Assembly (NCBI GenBank): GCA_977017645.1
Contig: OZ360238.1
Location: 63,178,001-63,242,000, forward strand
Reading direction: 5' to 3'
DNA from: Torpedo marmorata
Lineage: Eukaryota
Length of the DNA: 64,000 nt
The first letter of the stretch is position 1; every line of letters starts with the position of its first letter. The notes beneath the pieces were generated by a model. The model was not told the DNA's origin. It saw only the letters and a program-made list of their open reading frames with translations, and did no database searches. The translations under genes and the position numbers were made by a program. Positions 37,761 through 49,889 of this stretch are shown piece after piece.

Positions 37761-38630
37761 GTTGAGCCGCCTTTTGGTGCATCATTCCACAAATGCAAAG
37801 ATACACAGGAGGATTTCAGTCCTGCCTGATGGCAGAAAGTTAAAAACATACAAGGATAACACAGAATCCTTAAGAAAAAAATATTCTCCACTTCTTCAAA
37901 TGGTTAGTGGAACCTGATAAAGCCTAAATCAATAGCTGAAGAATCCATTTGCAGTTTGGCAGGTAACATTTTGTTTATTCTGCCTGGCTGTGAAATTGGA
38001 ATTTCCTGGCCAGGAGGGAGGTCTTTGGTTCCTTGTTGCAGGATTCCACTCCTGGCGCAGACTTAAATAGGGAGAGGACCCAAAACTCTCAAAATGTTTA
38101 AATAAGTTCTGCTGGAATTTATAAATTAGCCCGATTCAGTGCACTTCTCAACCTTGCCAAAACATTGTGCTGTAATTATACTCCACGTGATACCCAGAAA
38201 ATGCAATGTGAGATGGCCTTTTCTGAGAGGTCGCACACTGCTCTGCTTCAGCACTGGAACAGAACCCGATTCAGACTGTTATTTTTGGAGTGTTGTGATG
38301 CAGAAATCAAAACATTGGGTATAATTATGCTCTTGAAATTGTTTGCCAGCTTTCTAAAGACTTTTTTTTCTTATTTAGCTAACTTGCTGCACTTCAGTGT
38401 TAAATGATCATTGGGATCATTTACTAAATTGGTTTATGGCTTTCTTTGGGAAATAATCCTATTGGTCAAGATTTTATGGAACTTTTTGATGTTCAGGATC
38501 TGGATTTGAATCTGTTCTTTAGGTGCATGGATTTCACATCAGTTCAGCGGACTGTCAGTGAAATGGACAACTGTGCTCAGAAACCTTAAGATTGTTGTGC
38601 ATATTCGAAATGGCACTCTGAACTGCTAAG

Positions 38631-38763
38631 AGTAAAATACGTCAGTCTGCAGACACTGAAGTAAAAAACAATGCTGGAGAAACTCAGCATACTTTTATAG
38701 TAAAAATAAAGAAACAGCCAATGTTTCAGGCTTGAGCCCTTCATCAAGGTATGAACAAAGAAG
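38631..38763 (-). mobile_element. 133-bp Penelope-terminus insertion carrying a hammerhead-ribozyme-like motif
   Basis: Perfect 15-bp TSD CTCTGAACTGCTAAG at 38616-38630 and 38764-38778; minus strand TTGATGA-A-GGGC-TCAA-GCCT-GAAA-CATT. Confidence 0.75.
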
Positions 38764-38879
38764 CTCTGAACTGCTAAGTTGTTTAATTTGAACTCAGTTA
38801 CATAAATATGTGACTGATTGTAGAATGAAATAACTTGTTAAAATACAAAAAATAATGCCATTCCCAGTACCAGCTTCCC

Positions 38880-39090
38880 ATAAGCAAAATATTGCAGATA
38901 TTGGCAATCTGAAGTAAAATTGGACCATGCTGGATATATTTAGCAGTTCAGGCAGCATCTGAGAGATAGAAACAGTAATGTTTTGGGTTTTGAATAAAAG
39001 GTAAATGTTCTGAAACATTAAACGTGTTTCACTTTTGACAGACGTTGTCCTACTTGCTGAGCTATCTACAGCATTTTTTGCTTTTATTTC
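38880..39090. mobile_element. Old Penelope-terminus-derived repeat, two degraded halves in inverted orientation
   Basis: atgctggatatatttagcagttcaggcagcatctg is roughly complementary to cagacgttgtcctacttgctgagctatctacagcat. Confidence 0.5.
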
Positions 39091-39944
39091 ACATTAGAGG
39101 CCAATGGTTTTCATCTGTACAGAGAAAGCTACAGATAAAATGAGGAATGATGGAGAGAACAAGTCTATGAATGGATAGAGACCAGGAGAGATTGAATGAT
39201 GCAAGTGTTGGTGGTTGAAGGTGGATGGTAAAAACTAGTCTCTTTTGCTACCACTTTCAATCTTCCTTTCACTTTCACAGTGCATCTCTGACTCTTTGTA
39301 GATGTCTTTCTCCATTTAAATGCAGAGGTTATCAAGTATTCACTGTATATCCGTGGACTCCTATTGCAGTTCAAAATACATTTCCTTTCATCTGCTTGTA
39401 AGGACTTCTTTTCACTCTCCCTTGTTTCTCCATCATTGCATTGGTTATTATAACCCCACCTACTACTCGAGTGTTTCTGACAGGATTTCCATTTTCCTCA
39501 TCCACTTTTTCCACACACCAAATAGTTGACAGTGTTACCAACAAGAATGGTTGTATAAAAAGGGGGCCTCTTTCCTGTAGACTTTTATCGAGATGAGTTG
39601 ACCTCCATTAATGTACCAAGGACATTGACAAATGGAACATTAATACGTTCTCCCGTGTCCAAGTGCGTTTCCTCCCACATTCCAAAGACATACGGGGTTA
39701 GTATGTCAATAGGTCAAATGGATGTGTTTGGGCAGCGTGAGCTTGTGAGCTGGAAGGGCCCGTTGCTGTGCTGTATTTCCACATTACAATTAAATTAATG
39801 CTTACAAAATGTAAACCTGGGCTGGTTTTCTCTGTCAGGTGGATGGGAAATAAAACATAACACACTATTTAAAAAAAAAAGATTAGGATAGTTAACCCAA
39901 ACATCCTCTGCATCATATTATCCCTCAATCAATAAACCGTAGAG

Positions 39945-40180
39945 CGCAATTAGCATAATCGTAAACACAACGTTATTACAGAGACAGTGACCTGGGTTTG
40001 AATCTACCGCTGTCCGTAAGGAGTTGATACGTTCTCCCGTGTCCAAGTGCGTATCCTCCCACATTCCAAAGACATACGGGGTTAGTATGTCAATAGGTCA
40101 CATGGATGTGTTTGGGCAGCGTGAGCTTGTGAGCTGGAAGGGCCAGTTGCTGTGCTGTATTTCCACATTGCAATTAAATT
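39945..40180 (+). mobile_element. Diverged tRNA-derived SINE; its 3' part is duplicated at 39643-39815
   Basis: B-box-like GGGTTTGAATC, core gttctcccgtgtc, tail gggcc.gttgctgtgctgtat. Confidence 0.75.
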
Positions 40181-40414
40181 AATGCTTACAAAATGTAAAG
40201 TTAGCTGATAATTGTAATATTGTTTGCTGAGTTAGCTATACCTAAATTGGTTGTTGATTTCCTAAATTACAACAATGGTTCATAGTGCTTATACTTAATT
40301 CTATTAAGTCCTTAATTAGAGACTTTAGAGGTGAAGTCTCTCCAATGCTCCTCCAGGCTAAGGTAAACCTTTAAATGTACATACCGGTAATGGTCTAGAA
40401 CCTCCTTTGGAGCT

Positions 40415-40660
40415 TCCTGGGATCTGGTTGCCGATGTTTTAAACTGAACTAGATTCTTGTGTGGCTGCGGGAGCGCTGGAGCTGAATCCACAGACACTCA
40501 ATGACTGGGGGACTCTTTTTTTCTCTTTGTTTGACTGTAAGGGGTGCCGGGCAATGCTAATTCTAATGGCAAATCTTTGCTTTATGGCAAACCAAAGGCA
40601 ATTTCGTGTAATATTACATTTCAGTTTTATTACATGACAATAAATAGTATCTGATCTGAT
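40415..40660 (+). mobile_element. Truncated copy of the 841-1552 non-autonomous family
   Basis: ttgccgatg..tgtgtggctgcgg..gggggactctt..gactgtaagg..catgacaataaa is collinear with 48410-48650. Confidence 0.75.
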
Positions 40661-40874
40661 ATTGTACAATTGTACAGATCTGCATGATCATTTATTCATT
40701 TCACATTGAAAATCTTCCAGTCAATTTAATCAAAGAAGTTAGCATTGGAGGAAAGGTAATATTTTGGTATGCTGTCTTTTTCAGTAAAATTCTAAACTGG
40801 TGGAGATTCAACTCATTAACTTTGGTTCAGTTTTTTTTATCATTGCCTCTGGTCATAGATGCTCTGATTTTTTA

Positions 40875-41145
40875 AAATTTAATTTTAAAAAAAAAATTAA
40901 ATTTAAATTTAGACATCCAGCATGGTAACAGGCCCTTTTGGCCCATGAGCCTGTGCCGCCAAATTACACCCAATTGACCTACAACCACCAATACATTTTG
41001 AACAGTGGGAGGAAACCGGAGCCCCCGGGGAAAACCCATGCAGACACGGGGAGAATGTACAAACTCCTTACAGACAGCATGGAATTTGAACCCCTGTCCT
41101 GATCACTGGTGCTGTAACAGCGTTGCGCTAACCGCTACACTAACA
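40875..41145 (-). mobile_element. tRNA-derived SINE (same family as 29230-29490)
   Basis: Reverse complement is collinear with the intron-2 SINE, including the B-box and aaattt tail. Confidence 0.85.
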
Positions 41146-41440
41146 ATTGTCATTGAGCATACTTAATTCTGCAAGCCTTTGGCACAAAATTTAATCTGTA
41201 CTGACAGTATCCAACAAAAACATGGTTGAAGATTTGACCATTAGGTTTCAGGTTTTCCTCCTGTAACATAAATATTGGACTGTGCTGAACTTTATTTATG
41301 TAGAACACTTGATGTGTGCCTATTTTTTAAACAATTGAAACCAAAGTGACTAGTTGAACTGTGTATATGGTGGGGTATGGCTGAAGGGCCACATTTTAGA
41401 ATCATACACTGAATTTGCATGTAATGGAGGGACTGAATGA

Positions 41441-42082
41441 AGGTTCAAGCTTACTTTATTGTCATATGCACAAACACGCAAAATTTGTTTACTTGTGTTT
41501 GTCTGTAAAGATACAAAAAGTGATGCCACTAGTCCAGCGCCCCTGCGAAGAAAAGAAAGAGAAACAAAAGAGATGTCCTGTCATGGATCCCACCATCTCC
41601 TCTGATGCCCTTACTTCCTGCGTTTCCATCACCTTTGTTGCCGCATGGCCTCTTGTCCATTCCACTGGTAAATCAGAACTCCAGGCATCCCAGTCACCCT
41701 CCTTGGTGCCTTGCTGAACCCCCAATATGATTAGGAAGCTGTCAGTGCTCAATGTCCTTCAGGAGACCTGATCACCATGGGCACCGTCACGACTCCTGCC
41801 CTGATACCTGCTTCCCACTAGCCAGTCTCCAGCAGCCCGCAGCCTAGTGTAAGCCCTTTGGCTGCTGAACCTTGTACTTCTCTGCTGCTGCGGTCTCCCT
41901 CCTTGTAAGATCTTCTTCGAGGCTTCTCCCTCTTGATTGGGGTTGGAAGGGTGTTATCCTGCTCTGGGGCCATCATGTCGATGCAATCATGAAGAAAGCT
42001 CTCCAGTCCACTGCTCCTCTGGAGCATATAACTTTTGTGGTGTGGATTGCCAAACATTGGCGCTGCCATCTTGGGCACGGAC
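41441..42082 (-). mobile_element. Older near-full-length copy of the non-autonomous family
   Basis: tttattgtcat tail; ctccagcagcccgcagcc core; 5' CCCAAGATGGCAGCGCC matching the 1470-1490 segment. Confidence 0.7.
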
Positions 42083-44499
42083 TTCCATATCGTTGTAACT
42101 TTATAATTGTAACTTTAGGAATTCATTAGGACAATTTTTATAATTCAAATTTGGGTGGAAGATGAGATTGAAAGTAACAAATAAAGTAGAAAGATTTTTA
42201 TATTAAATTTGGAATGGTTGAATTATTCTTGTCGCCAATTTGAGAAAACGTCAATCATTGACATTTTTATTCAGCAGGCAGAAGAACCAAATCTAATGTG
42301 TAACGATGAAGAGACATTTACTAATTACTTACTAGGGAGTTGAGTTTATATTTTGTTAATGTTTTTCAGTGGACTTGTAAAGGTACAGTAGTATTTTTTT
42401 CTTCAGAAGGATGAACATGTGTTCTTATTTAGAGGAGCTTAGCCATAATTTAGAGAAGATTGTGTTTTTGATGCAGTAAATGCTTATGGAAAGTTGCAAA
42501 AGCAATAGTTTTTAAAGCATTTTTAAACTTTCAAACAGTTTTTAAACACCCTAGTTGCAGGATTGGACCATCTGGCTTCCTAAAGCTATTCTGCCATTTA
42601 ATTTAATTTAGTTGATCTGTACCTTCACTCCATCCATGTATCTTCATTTCATAACTCTCAGCATGCTTGTTTAAAAAATATCTAGCAATTTAAATTTTGA
42701 AGTTTTCTAATGACTCAACATTTTGAGAAGTTCCAAGCTTCCACTTACTTTCCACTGAGTAGCATACCTCAAATTTTAAAGGTAATGAATAGCAAAACCA
42801 GAGGATATACTTTGAACCAATTCTTTCAACTATCTTAAACCTTACTCATTCCAGTCACAGCATCAACTTCTTCCATTTTATTTGGCACCTAAACAGAACG
42901 CAATGTCTGAACGCACTCTCCAGGAGTGTCCAAAAAATGTCAAATATTTTGCTTCTGAGTCATAGAAGGTAAATGACCCAACATCTTGGCAAAGCTGAGT
43001 TTTAAAGAATGTCTTACAGAAGAAGGGAGAGAGAGGAAGGGATGCTTCCTCACTTTTTTGGGGGGTGAATTCCAGGGCTATGGCAGCTGAAGGTATTGCT
43101 AGTGGAGTGATTAAAGCCAGGAGAATTCAAGAGAGCAGAATGAAAGCAATCTCAAAGTCTTGTTGGACTGGAAGTGGTTTTCAGAGGTGGGGTTTGAAAA
43201 CACAATGAAGAGAGACTTAAAATTATGATGTCCATGAGGTTCAGCAAGCCGAGGTGTAGAGTGTGAACACACCTTGGAGCAGGTTATGATATGGACAGCA
43301 GATATTTGCATGATCCAAACCATGTCTATGGAAATAGATAGGATGATAATCAAGAGAACTTTGGATGGTAATTTGTAGAAGTAACAAAGGAATCAATCAG
43401 GATTTTGGCAGTAAAGGGACTGAAATAGGCATAGAGATGAGCTTTGTTACAGAGATGGAAATAGTTTTGGTGATTGAGTGTATATGTAGATGAAATCTTA
43501 GATTTGAATTGAATACAGTACCAAATTTGCTACAGTATTAATTTGGCTCAAACTTTAACCAATTTTATAGGAAGAATGATTAGGCAGCTGAATTTCTGGG
43601 GAAGACCAATATATGATTTAAAGTAAATTCTGCTCATTCAATATTGGATGTCAGACAAAGCTATTTTACAATTGTAACATAATTTCCATCCCTTTATACC
43701 ATTGTCCCCTTCATATTAAGGATGACTTCAATTAGCCGTTCTAATTATTTTTGTTTTGCATATGTTCTAGCTTTTAGCATTTCTTTATTTGAGTCAAATC
43801 TATTTTTTCTTCTCTGGATCCTGGCTTCAACATCATTTTGATTTTTTAAAATCAATTTATCTTAAGAAAAAAGTGTATGGCCAAGCATGGAAATTCATTT
43901 GTCTAATAGGGAACAAATTTTGCATTGATAACTTGTTAGCTTATACCCTTTTAGAAGGGGCATTGTGACTTAATCATAGGTTATTGATTATGTATTTTAG
44001 CATTGGTCCTATTTTTAAGAGGAAATGCGATGTTGAGTGGGAAATTGAACCATTGACATTTGTTGCTGTCTATTTCTGTGTTTTGAGTTTAAGTTTAAAT
44101 GGGTGATGTTTAATTAACAAATTAAAATTATGATCTGGTTGAGTGGTTAAGACTTATGTTGCTGTTTTTATCTCTGTGTTTTGTTACTGTTTGGTCCTAA
44201 TTCCAATATTATTTAAAATGCTATTTAAAGTATTATTCAGCTGTTGTTAGATGAAAGATTGGAAGAGTGTGAGAGGCAATCTGCTAATATTTTCTGTCCT
44301 TTTTTCTTTATGTTTAGGCAATTTCAAAGCACTTCTCGTGGTTACAGGAAGTCCAGATCATGTTGGGACATTAGTCTGCATTTTTTCATTATAGAGACCT
44401 TTGCAATATTTTTACTCTGGCAGGGAGAAGAGTAGCAGCCATAGGAAGAAAATGCAAACAGAACAATATAGACAGAAAATGGAAAGAGGCATACTTCAG

Positions 44500-45360
44500 A
44501 CAAAGTATGTAGACCTAGAACAGTAACAGTTTACTGATGAGCTATAGTGGGGAAACATCTGCAATTCACTGCCACAGCTGGTATGGTATTGTCAAAGTCA
44601 TTGCAACAGGCAATGAATGGTGGTGGACAATTAAACAGCTAATGGCAGGGGGAAGCTCCAAGAAATTTTCTGTTCTCGATGATGGGAGGAACCAGGATGT
44701 GAATACTAAGGTCTAAAACATTCAGACTGTGTTTAGCTGGAAGTACTGAAGAGTTCTCCATTTCAGCTTCTCCTGAGTTCCCCATCATTACAGAAACCAG
44801 TCTTCAGCCAATTCAATTCATTCTATGAAATATCAAGAAATGGTTGAGAAAATGGATGCAGCAAAGTTCAGACAGACAGAAATGTGTTCCAGAACTGTGT
44901 CTCTAACCAAGCTGTTCCAGCATAGTTACAACATTGGGACTGCCTGATAGCGTGGAAAAATGATCAAGTTGGGCCTGTTCACAAAAAGCAGGACAAGTCC
45001 AATCCAATACATAATTGCCCAATCATTCCATTCTCAATCATCATCAAAATGATAGAGGTCATTATAGACAATGCCATCAAAAGGCACTCACTCACAACAA
45101 TATGTTCAATGATGCCTGGTTTGTATTCTCCTTGGATGTCTGTGCACCAGACCCAATCCCAGCCTCATCCAAACATCAACTAAAGAGCTAAGTTTCAGAG
45201 GTGAGCTGAAAGCAACTGACTTTGACAACAAGATAATGTTTGACCGAGAGAGGCATGGTGAAACTGGAATTACTGAGATCAAGGAAAAAATGTTTCAGAG
45301 CTTGGAGATGTACCTCACACAAGGGGAAATAATTGTAGTGTTTGGATATCAATCATCACT
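44500..45360 (+). mobile_element. Ancient CR1/L2-type LINE RT fragment
   Basis: Degraded KLFQHSYNIG..WK..QVGPVHKKQDKSNP..NCPI..SII RT N-terminal peptide around 44910-45060. Confidence 0.65.
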
Positions 45361-47341
45361 TCACAGAATAAAAAAATAAGATGAAATAAGTCTATCATGA
45401 GTGTAAGTTTGATTGCTGCATGGAACCAAATGTATGAGTAAGATAGATCAGCTTGTTTGAGATGTAATAACGGAGTGAATTATTTAATTTGTGCCCAGCA
45501 AATAAAATGATACTTCAAAGACATATTCAGAAGAAAATGAAGGAAGCTGCGAACTTGCGTAGAGACCTTTCTGTATATACTTTATTGACTCAAAGATTTA
45601 TCGTGGTCTGTAGTTAACTTAGTTTTGGAGGCTGCTGTGCTTTCTAGTCTAAATACTAATATGCAAGGACTGATTTGTTTGTACTAAAAAGAGATTGATA
45701 ATGAGATAGATCTGTTAACTTTTTTTATCGTTCCCTTTGTTTTTGAATTTATTGGCAGAACAGTGTTCGAGAAGTGACATAATCCTAGCCTTACCAACAG
45801 GATAGTTGGTTTATAAAATACCTGTTTTTTTACAACAACCTGATCACACAATTGTAGAATCACTTTCTAGTCTTGTACATCTAATATTTTACCAGTACAT
45901 TATCTTGGACTGTGAAGAGAAGTTTGAGATTCTTCACTTCTCAAGTAAATAAGCTCACTGAATACAAGGAGTCCCAACTAATGAAGTTTTGATTATGGTT
46001 CATTGAAATTTCATTTATTATTGGATCATCTTGTCCATTTTGTGATAAATTGAAAGGTTGGTCTGAACACTATTCCATGTCCATGTGAAATACTGTATCT
46101 CTCCTTCACTTCACCAGCTTTATCATTAGCTATTTTTGAGCAAAGTTTATTTATTGTTGCGAATATTTAGTCTGAGGAATGGTTTAAAGATGGAGCAGAT
46201 TAATCTGCATGTGTCAAATGGAATTTTTATTACTACTTATTGGGTGCCTCATGGTGCAGTTTGGGAAGAGCCTATATTTAAGTAGGGAAAACCATATTTA
46301 TCTCCATTGAATGTAATGGCATTATAAATGTTGTGACTTGTGTTTTTGAGCGTTGTGGACAATTTACCACAGAACTTTAACTCCGAATTTTTATAAACAG
46401 CAATTGACATTGAAATACTATCTTCCAATCAAATGGTTTGTTAATTTTGAAGGGGTATCATCATCCTAGTGGGGAAGCAAGTAATTATGGTGATGTATCA
46501 AACCAATCTAAACTGTTGCATGGTGATATACAGTTATTCTCATTCACAATGAAAATTTATGTCATGCATTCACTAAGATTTGTTTAATATTTCCCTCATG
46601 ACAATGTGTCTCTTCTTTAATGAAAAGATTTATTAAAAAAAAGTATCTAAATTAACCATTAATATTAATTTGGTATGTTATTAAACTCATAACATGAGTA
46701 AATGGAACATAAAAGATAGAGTAGCTTTGTTTAATTTATGGTAAAAATACCAATTCTTAAATTATGGTAAAAATATTAATTCTTAAATTAATAGTGACTG
46801 TACATACTTCATAAAACACTTAACACAATATAAAAACAATTAATTTTTGTTTATTTTATTTTTCCATTTTTAATAAAATGGAAAGTGAAATAGATTAACA
46901 TGACTGAATGAATTTTTATCTTTCATTTGTTTATAAAATACGATCGACTAGTACATCAACTATGAGCCACATGTTACAAATTAAGATCCCAAATATGAGG
47001 TAAAGTATTTTTGATAAATAAGAACAATGAATAATAAACCGTTGTTAGGTATGTGATTACAGTTCTCATTTGCATAGCACACACCGATGTAGTTTAAATA
47101 TTTTCAGCATGTCTTTGGTGAAACATTAAGAAAAAAAGCAGATTTCATATCTGTCCTTTGCTTTATGGTTTTGCTTCTGATTATTTGGTGAATTGGCATC
47201 TAGCACTAACCTCAGCACTATTGTAAGGAAAGAGAAATTGATTGGCTCAACCAAGATGATTTACACCAGGCCTTTCTCACAATAGGCAATTGCAGTGTTA
47301 ACCATCATGACAAAAGTCAAGGGCACAAGGATATTCTAGAT

Positions 47342-47717
47342 CAGTGGTTTTCAAACTACCCCCCTAAACTCACATTCCACCTTAAGCAATCCCTATGCCA
47401 TAAGTGCTCTGTGATTAGTAAGGGATTGCTTAAGGTGGTATGTGAGTGGAAAGAAAAAGGTTTGAAAACCACTGTTTTAATTGTACCTAATTGACTCGTT
47501 ATGTGCACGGTTTCATAACTCCAAAGGAAATGGGCCAATGACAATTTTTCTCAAGCAAAATATTTCAGTAACAATTGGGTCTAGAGCAGTGGTTCTCAAC
47601 CTTCCCTTCCCACTCACATACCACCTTAAGTAATCCCTTACTAATCACAGAGCATTTATGGTATAGGGATTGCTTAATGTGGAATGTGAGTTCAGGGGGG
47701 CAGTTTGAAAACCACTG
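47342..47717. mobile_element. Composite hAT MITE (two inverted mini-MITEs plus a 112-bp spacer), copy 1
   Basis: Outer TIR CAGTGGTTTTCAAACT; units 47342-47474 and 47587-47717; 8-bp TSD TTCTAGAT at 47334-47341 and 47718-47725. Confidence 0.92.
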
Positions 47718-47834
47718 TTCTAGATGAAGAGTCGAAACATTTCTGTTGAGTCCCACCCAGGTCAATGTTTGTGATGTATAGGCACATATTTAACTATCTA
47801 CCTGAGTGTAATATGTAATTTTACAAAGCAAAAT

Positions 47835-48712
47835 ATGATTAAGCTAGAGAGGGTCCAGAAAAGATATGTTACCAGGTTTAGAGGGCTTGTGTTATAAGGA
47901 GAGACTGTATGGATTGTGAGTGCTTTCCCTCGAGTGCAAGGAGGCTGAGGGGTGATTATATAATTATGAGAGGTATGGATAAGCAGGATGGTTACAGTCT
48001 TGTTCCCAAGTTATGGAAGTCTAAATTTGGAGGGTGTAGGATCAAGGTGAGGTGGGGGGGGGATGGCTGGGACGGTTTAAAGGGCATGTGAGGGACAATT
48101 TTTTTCACACAGAGGGCAGTTAGTATATGGAGCCATGTACCAGAGGAAGTGGTAGAGGCAGGTACAATTCCAATGTTTAAAACTCATTTGGATGGGTACC
48201 CATACAGAAAGGTTTAGACAGAGGGATATGGGCAAAACACAGACAAATGGAGCTCGCTCAGGTAAGCATCTTGGTTGGCATGGACTCACACCGGGCTGCG
48301 GACTGCTGGAGGCTGGCTCGAACTGGCTGGAGGAGTACCAGGTATCGGAACCGGGATGCGAGGGGGTGCCGAGGGCGACCTGACCGTGTTGGAGGTTTGG
48401 ATCTGGAGCTCGGGATGCCGATGGTTTGGACTGGACTCTGTGTGGCTGCGGAGGCTACGAAATCGCTGGAGGCGAATCTATGGACACTTGGTGACTCTGG
48501 GGGGACTCTCTTTTGCTTCTCTTTATCTGACTGTAAGGAATGTTAGAGGAGCTTAGGCAATTTCTGCCAGTGGCGAATCTGTCTGCCTTGCAGCAGGCAA
48601 AAAGAAATTTCATGGAATATGACAATGTCTTATTACTATGACAATAAATTGAAATTGAATCTTGAAGTTGGACCATAGGGCCTGTTTCCGTGCTGCATAC
48701 ATCATTGACTCT
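47835..48712 (+). mobile_element. CR1 LINE 3' end, interrupted at 48286-48664
   Basis: LERVQKR / GLCYKERL / RRLRGD remnants; tail ggcatggac|aagttggaccatagggcctgtttccgtgctg. Confidence 0.8.
48286..48664 (+). mobile_element. 5'-truncated young copy of the non-autonomous family
   Basis: Highly similar to the reverse complement of 841-1215; tail ATGACAATAAATTGAAATTGAATCTTG; GGAC microhomology at the 5' junction. Confidence 0.88.
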
Positions 48713-48767
48713 AAAGTACTCTAGTTGTGGGAAATGATTTTCAAATATAATTGATTATATTTGAAAA

Positions 48768-48862
48768 CGTACCTGGGTTGTAGGTCAATTGGGTGTAATT
48801 GGGCGGCACGGGCTTGTGGGCCGAAAGGGCCTGTATGTCTACATTTAAATTATTATTTTTTA
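48768..48862 (+). mobile_element. 3' fragment of the tRNA-derived SINE
   Basis: ttgtaggtcaattgggtgtaattgggcggcacggg matches 29399-29433. Confidence 0.8.
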
Positions 48863-49373
48863 AATAGAGGAAGATAGGTTTACATCAGACATACAGACAT
48901 ACTGTACATATATACAGCACGTTAACAGTGGCGTTTGGCCTTATCTTACTGAAAGGAATATACTGCTTTACTGAATCTGAAATAAAACCAGAAAATGCTC
49001 ATTTATAGGAACTCAAACATTTTGAGTTTCCAATAATTTACAGCCTTCTAAGAGGAAATGAATCCTCCTCAACTCTGTCTTAAATGACCATCCCACTATC
49101 CTGAAGCTTAGACCTTAGTTCTAGGTTCTCCACCATGGAAAACATACTTCTTGCATCGACCCTATCAAGCCCCTAAGGTGTATGTTTCAAGACGATCACC
49201 TAAATTGGGAAGAGATGTTAACAAATGTATCAAAGTGAGGGTGGGTGGTGAAGCTGGAGAGGAACTAAGAGGTGATCGGGTTTGGGACAGAAGGTGGGAG
49301 AGGTAGGTAGAGGGAAAGAGCACTGGGAGGGGGGACATTAGAAAAGCGAGAATAGGTGCAGGTAAAGAAGAGA

Positions 49374-49885
49374 TCAGAATTTATTGTCATGAACAGGTCA
49401 CGAAATTCATTGTTTTGTAGCAGCATCACATTCATATAAACCACCTTACAAAAACAAAAGTAAAAATAGTGCACGAAAAGGCAGTGTCTTTGGTTCATTG
49501 ATCATTCGGGAATCTGATGCCAGCGGGGAAGAAGCTGTCTTTGTGCCTTTTTCTGGTAGCAGAGTGAAGAGGGCATGGCCTGGGTGGTGGGGTTAGGGCT
49601 GCTTTCTTAAGACTCCACCTCTTGTAGATATCCTTGATGGAGTGAAGTCTGGTGCCCGTGAAGTCGCCGGCCGAGTTAACAACTCTCTGGAACTTTTTCT
49701 TGTCTGAGCGTTGGCACCTCCGTACCAGACAGTGATGCAACTAGCAAGAATGCTCTCCACGGTTCAAGAGTCTTCGGTGACATACCGAATCTCCTCAGAC
49801 ACCTCACAAAGTATAGCCACTGGCGAGCCTTCTTTGTGATTGCATCGACATGGAGACTCCAGGATAAATCCTTGGAGATGTTGAA
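49374..49885 (-). mobile_element. Rex-Babar-like LINE 3' fragment (same family as 8196-9788)
   Basis: NISKDLSWSLHVDAITKKARQWLYFVRCLRRFGMSPKTL, with a collinear 3' UTR and tail. Confidence 0.88.
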
Positions 49886-49889
49886 CCAG

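Noticed and set aside
37412-37891. 159-aa minus-strand ORF as a gene
   Set aside because: Spans the CpG island, Arg/Ser-rich, no recognisable motif or splice structure.
46736-46787. 26-bp tandem repeat (2 copies); likewise a 16-bp direct repeat at 4110-4145
   Set aside because: Ordinary slippage duplications; not array-like or CRISPR-like.
47720-47750. Hammerhead-like remnant ctagatgaagagtcgaaacatt beside the MITE
   Set aside because: Core box is altered, helix II is missing and no Penelope context is visible.
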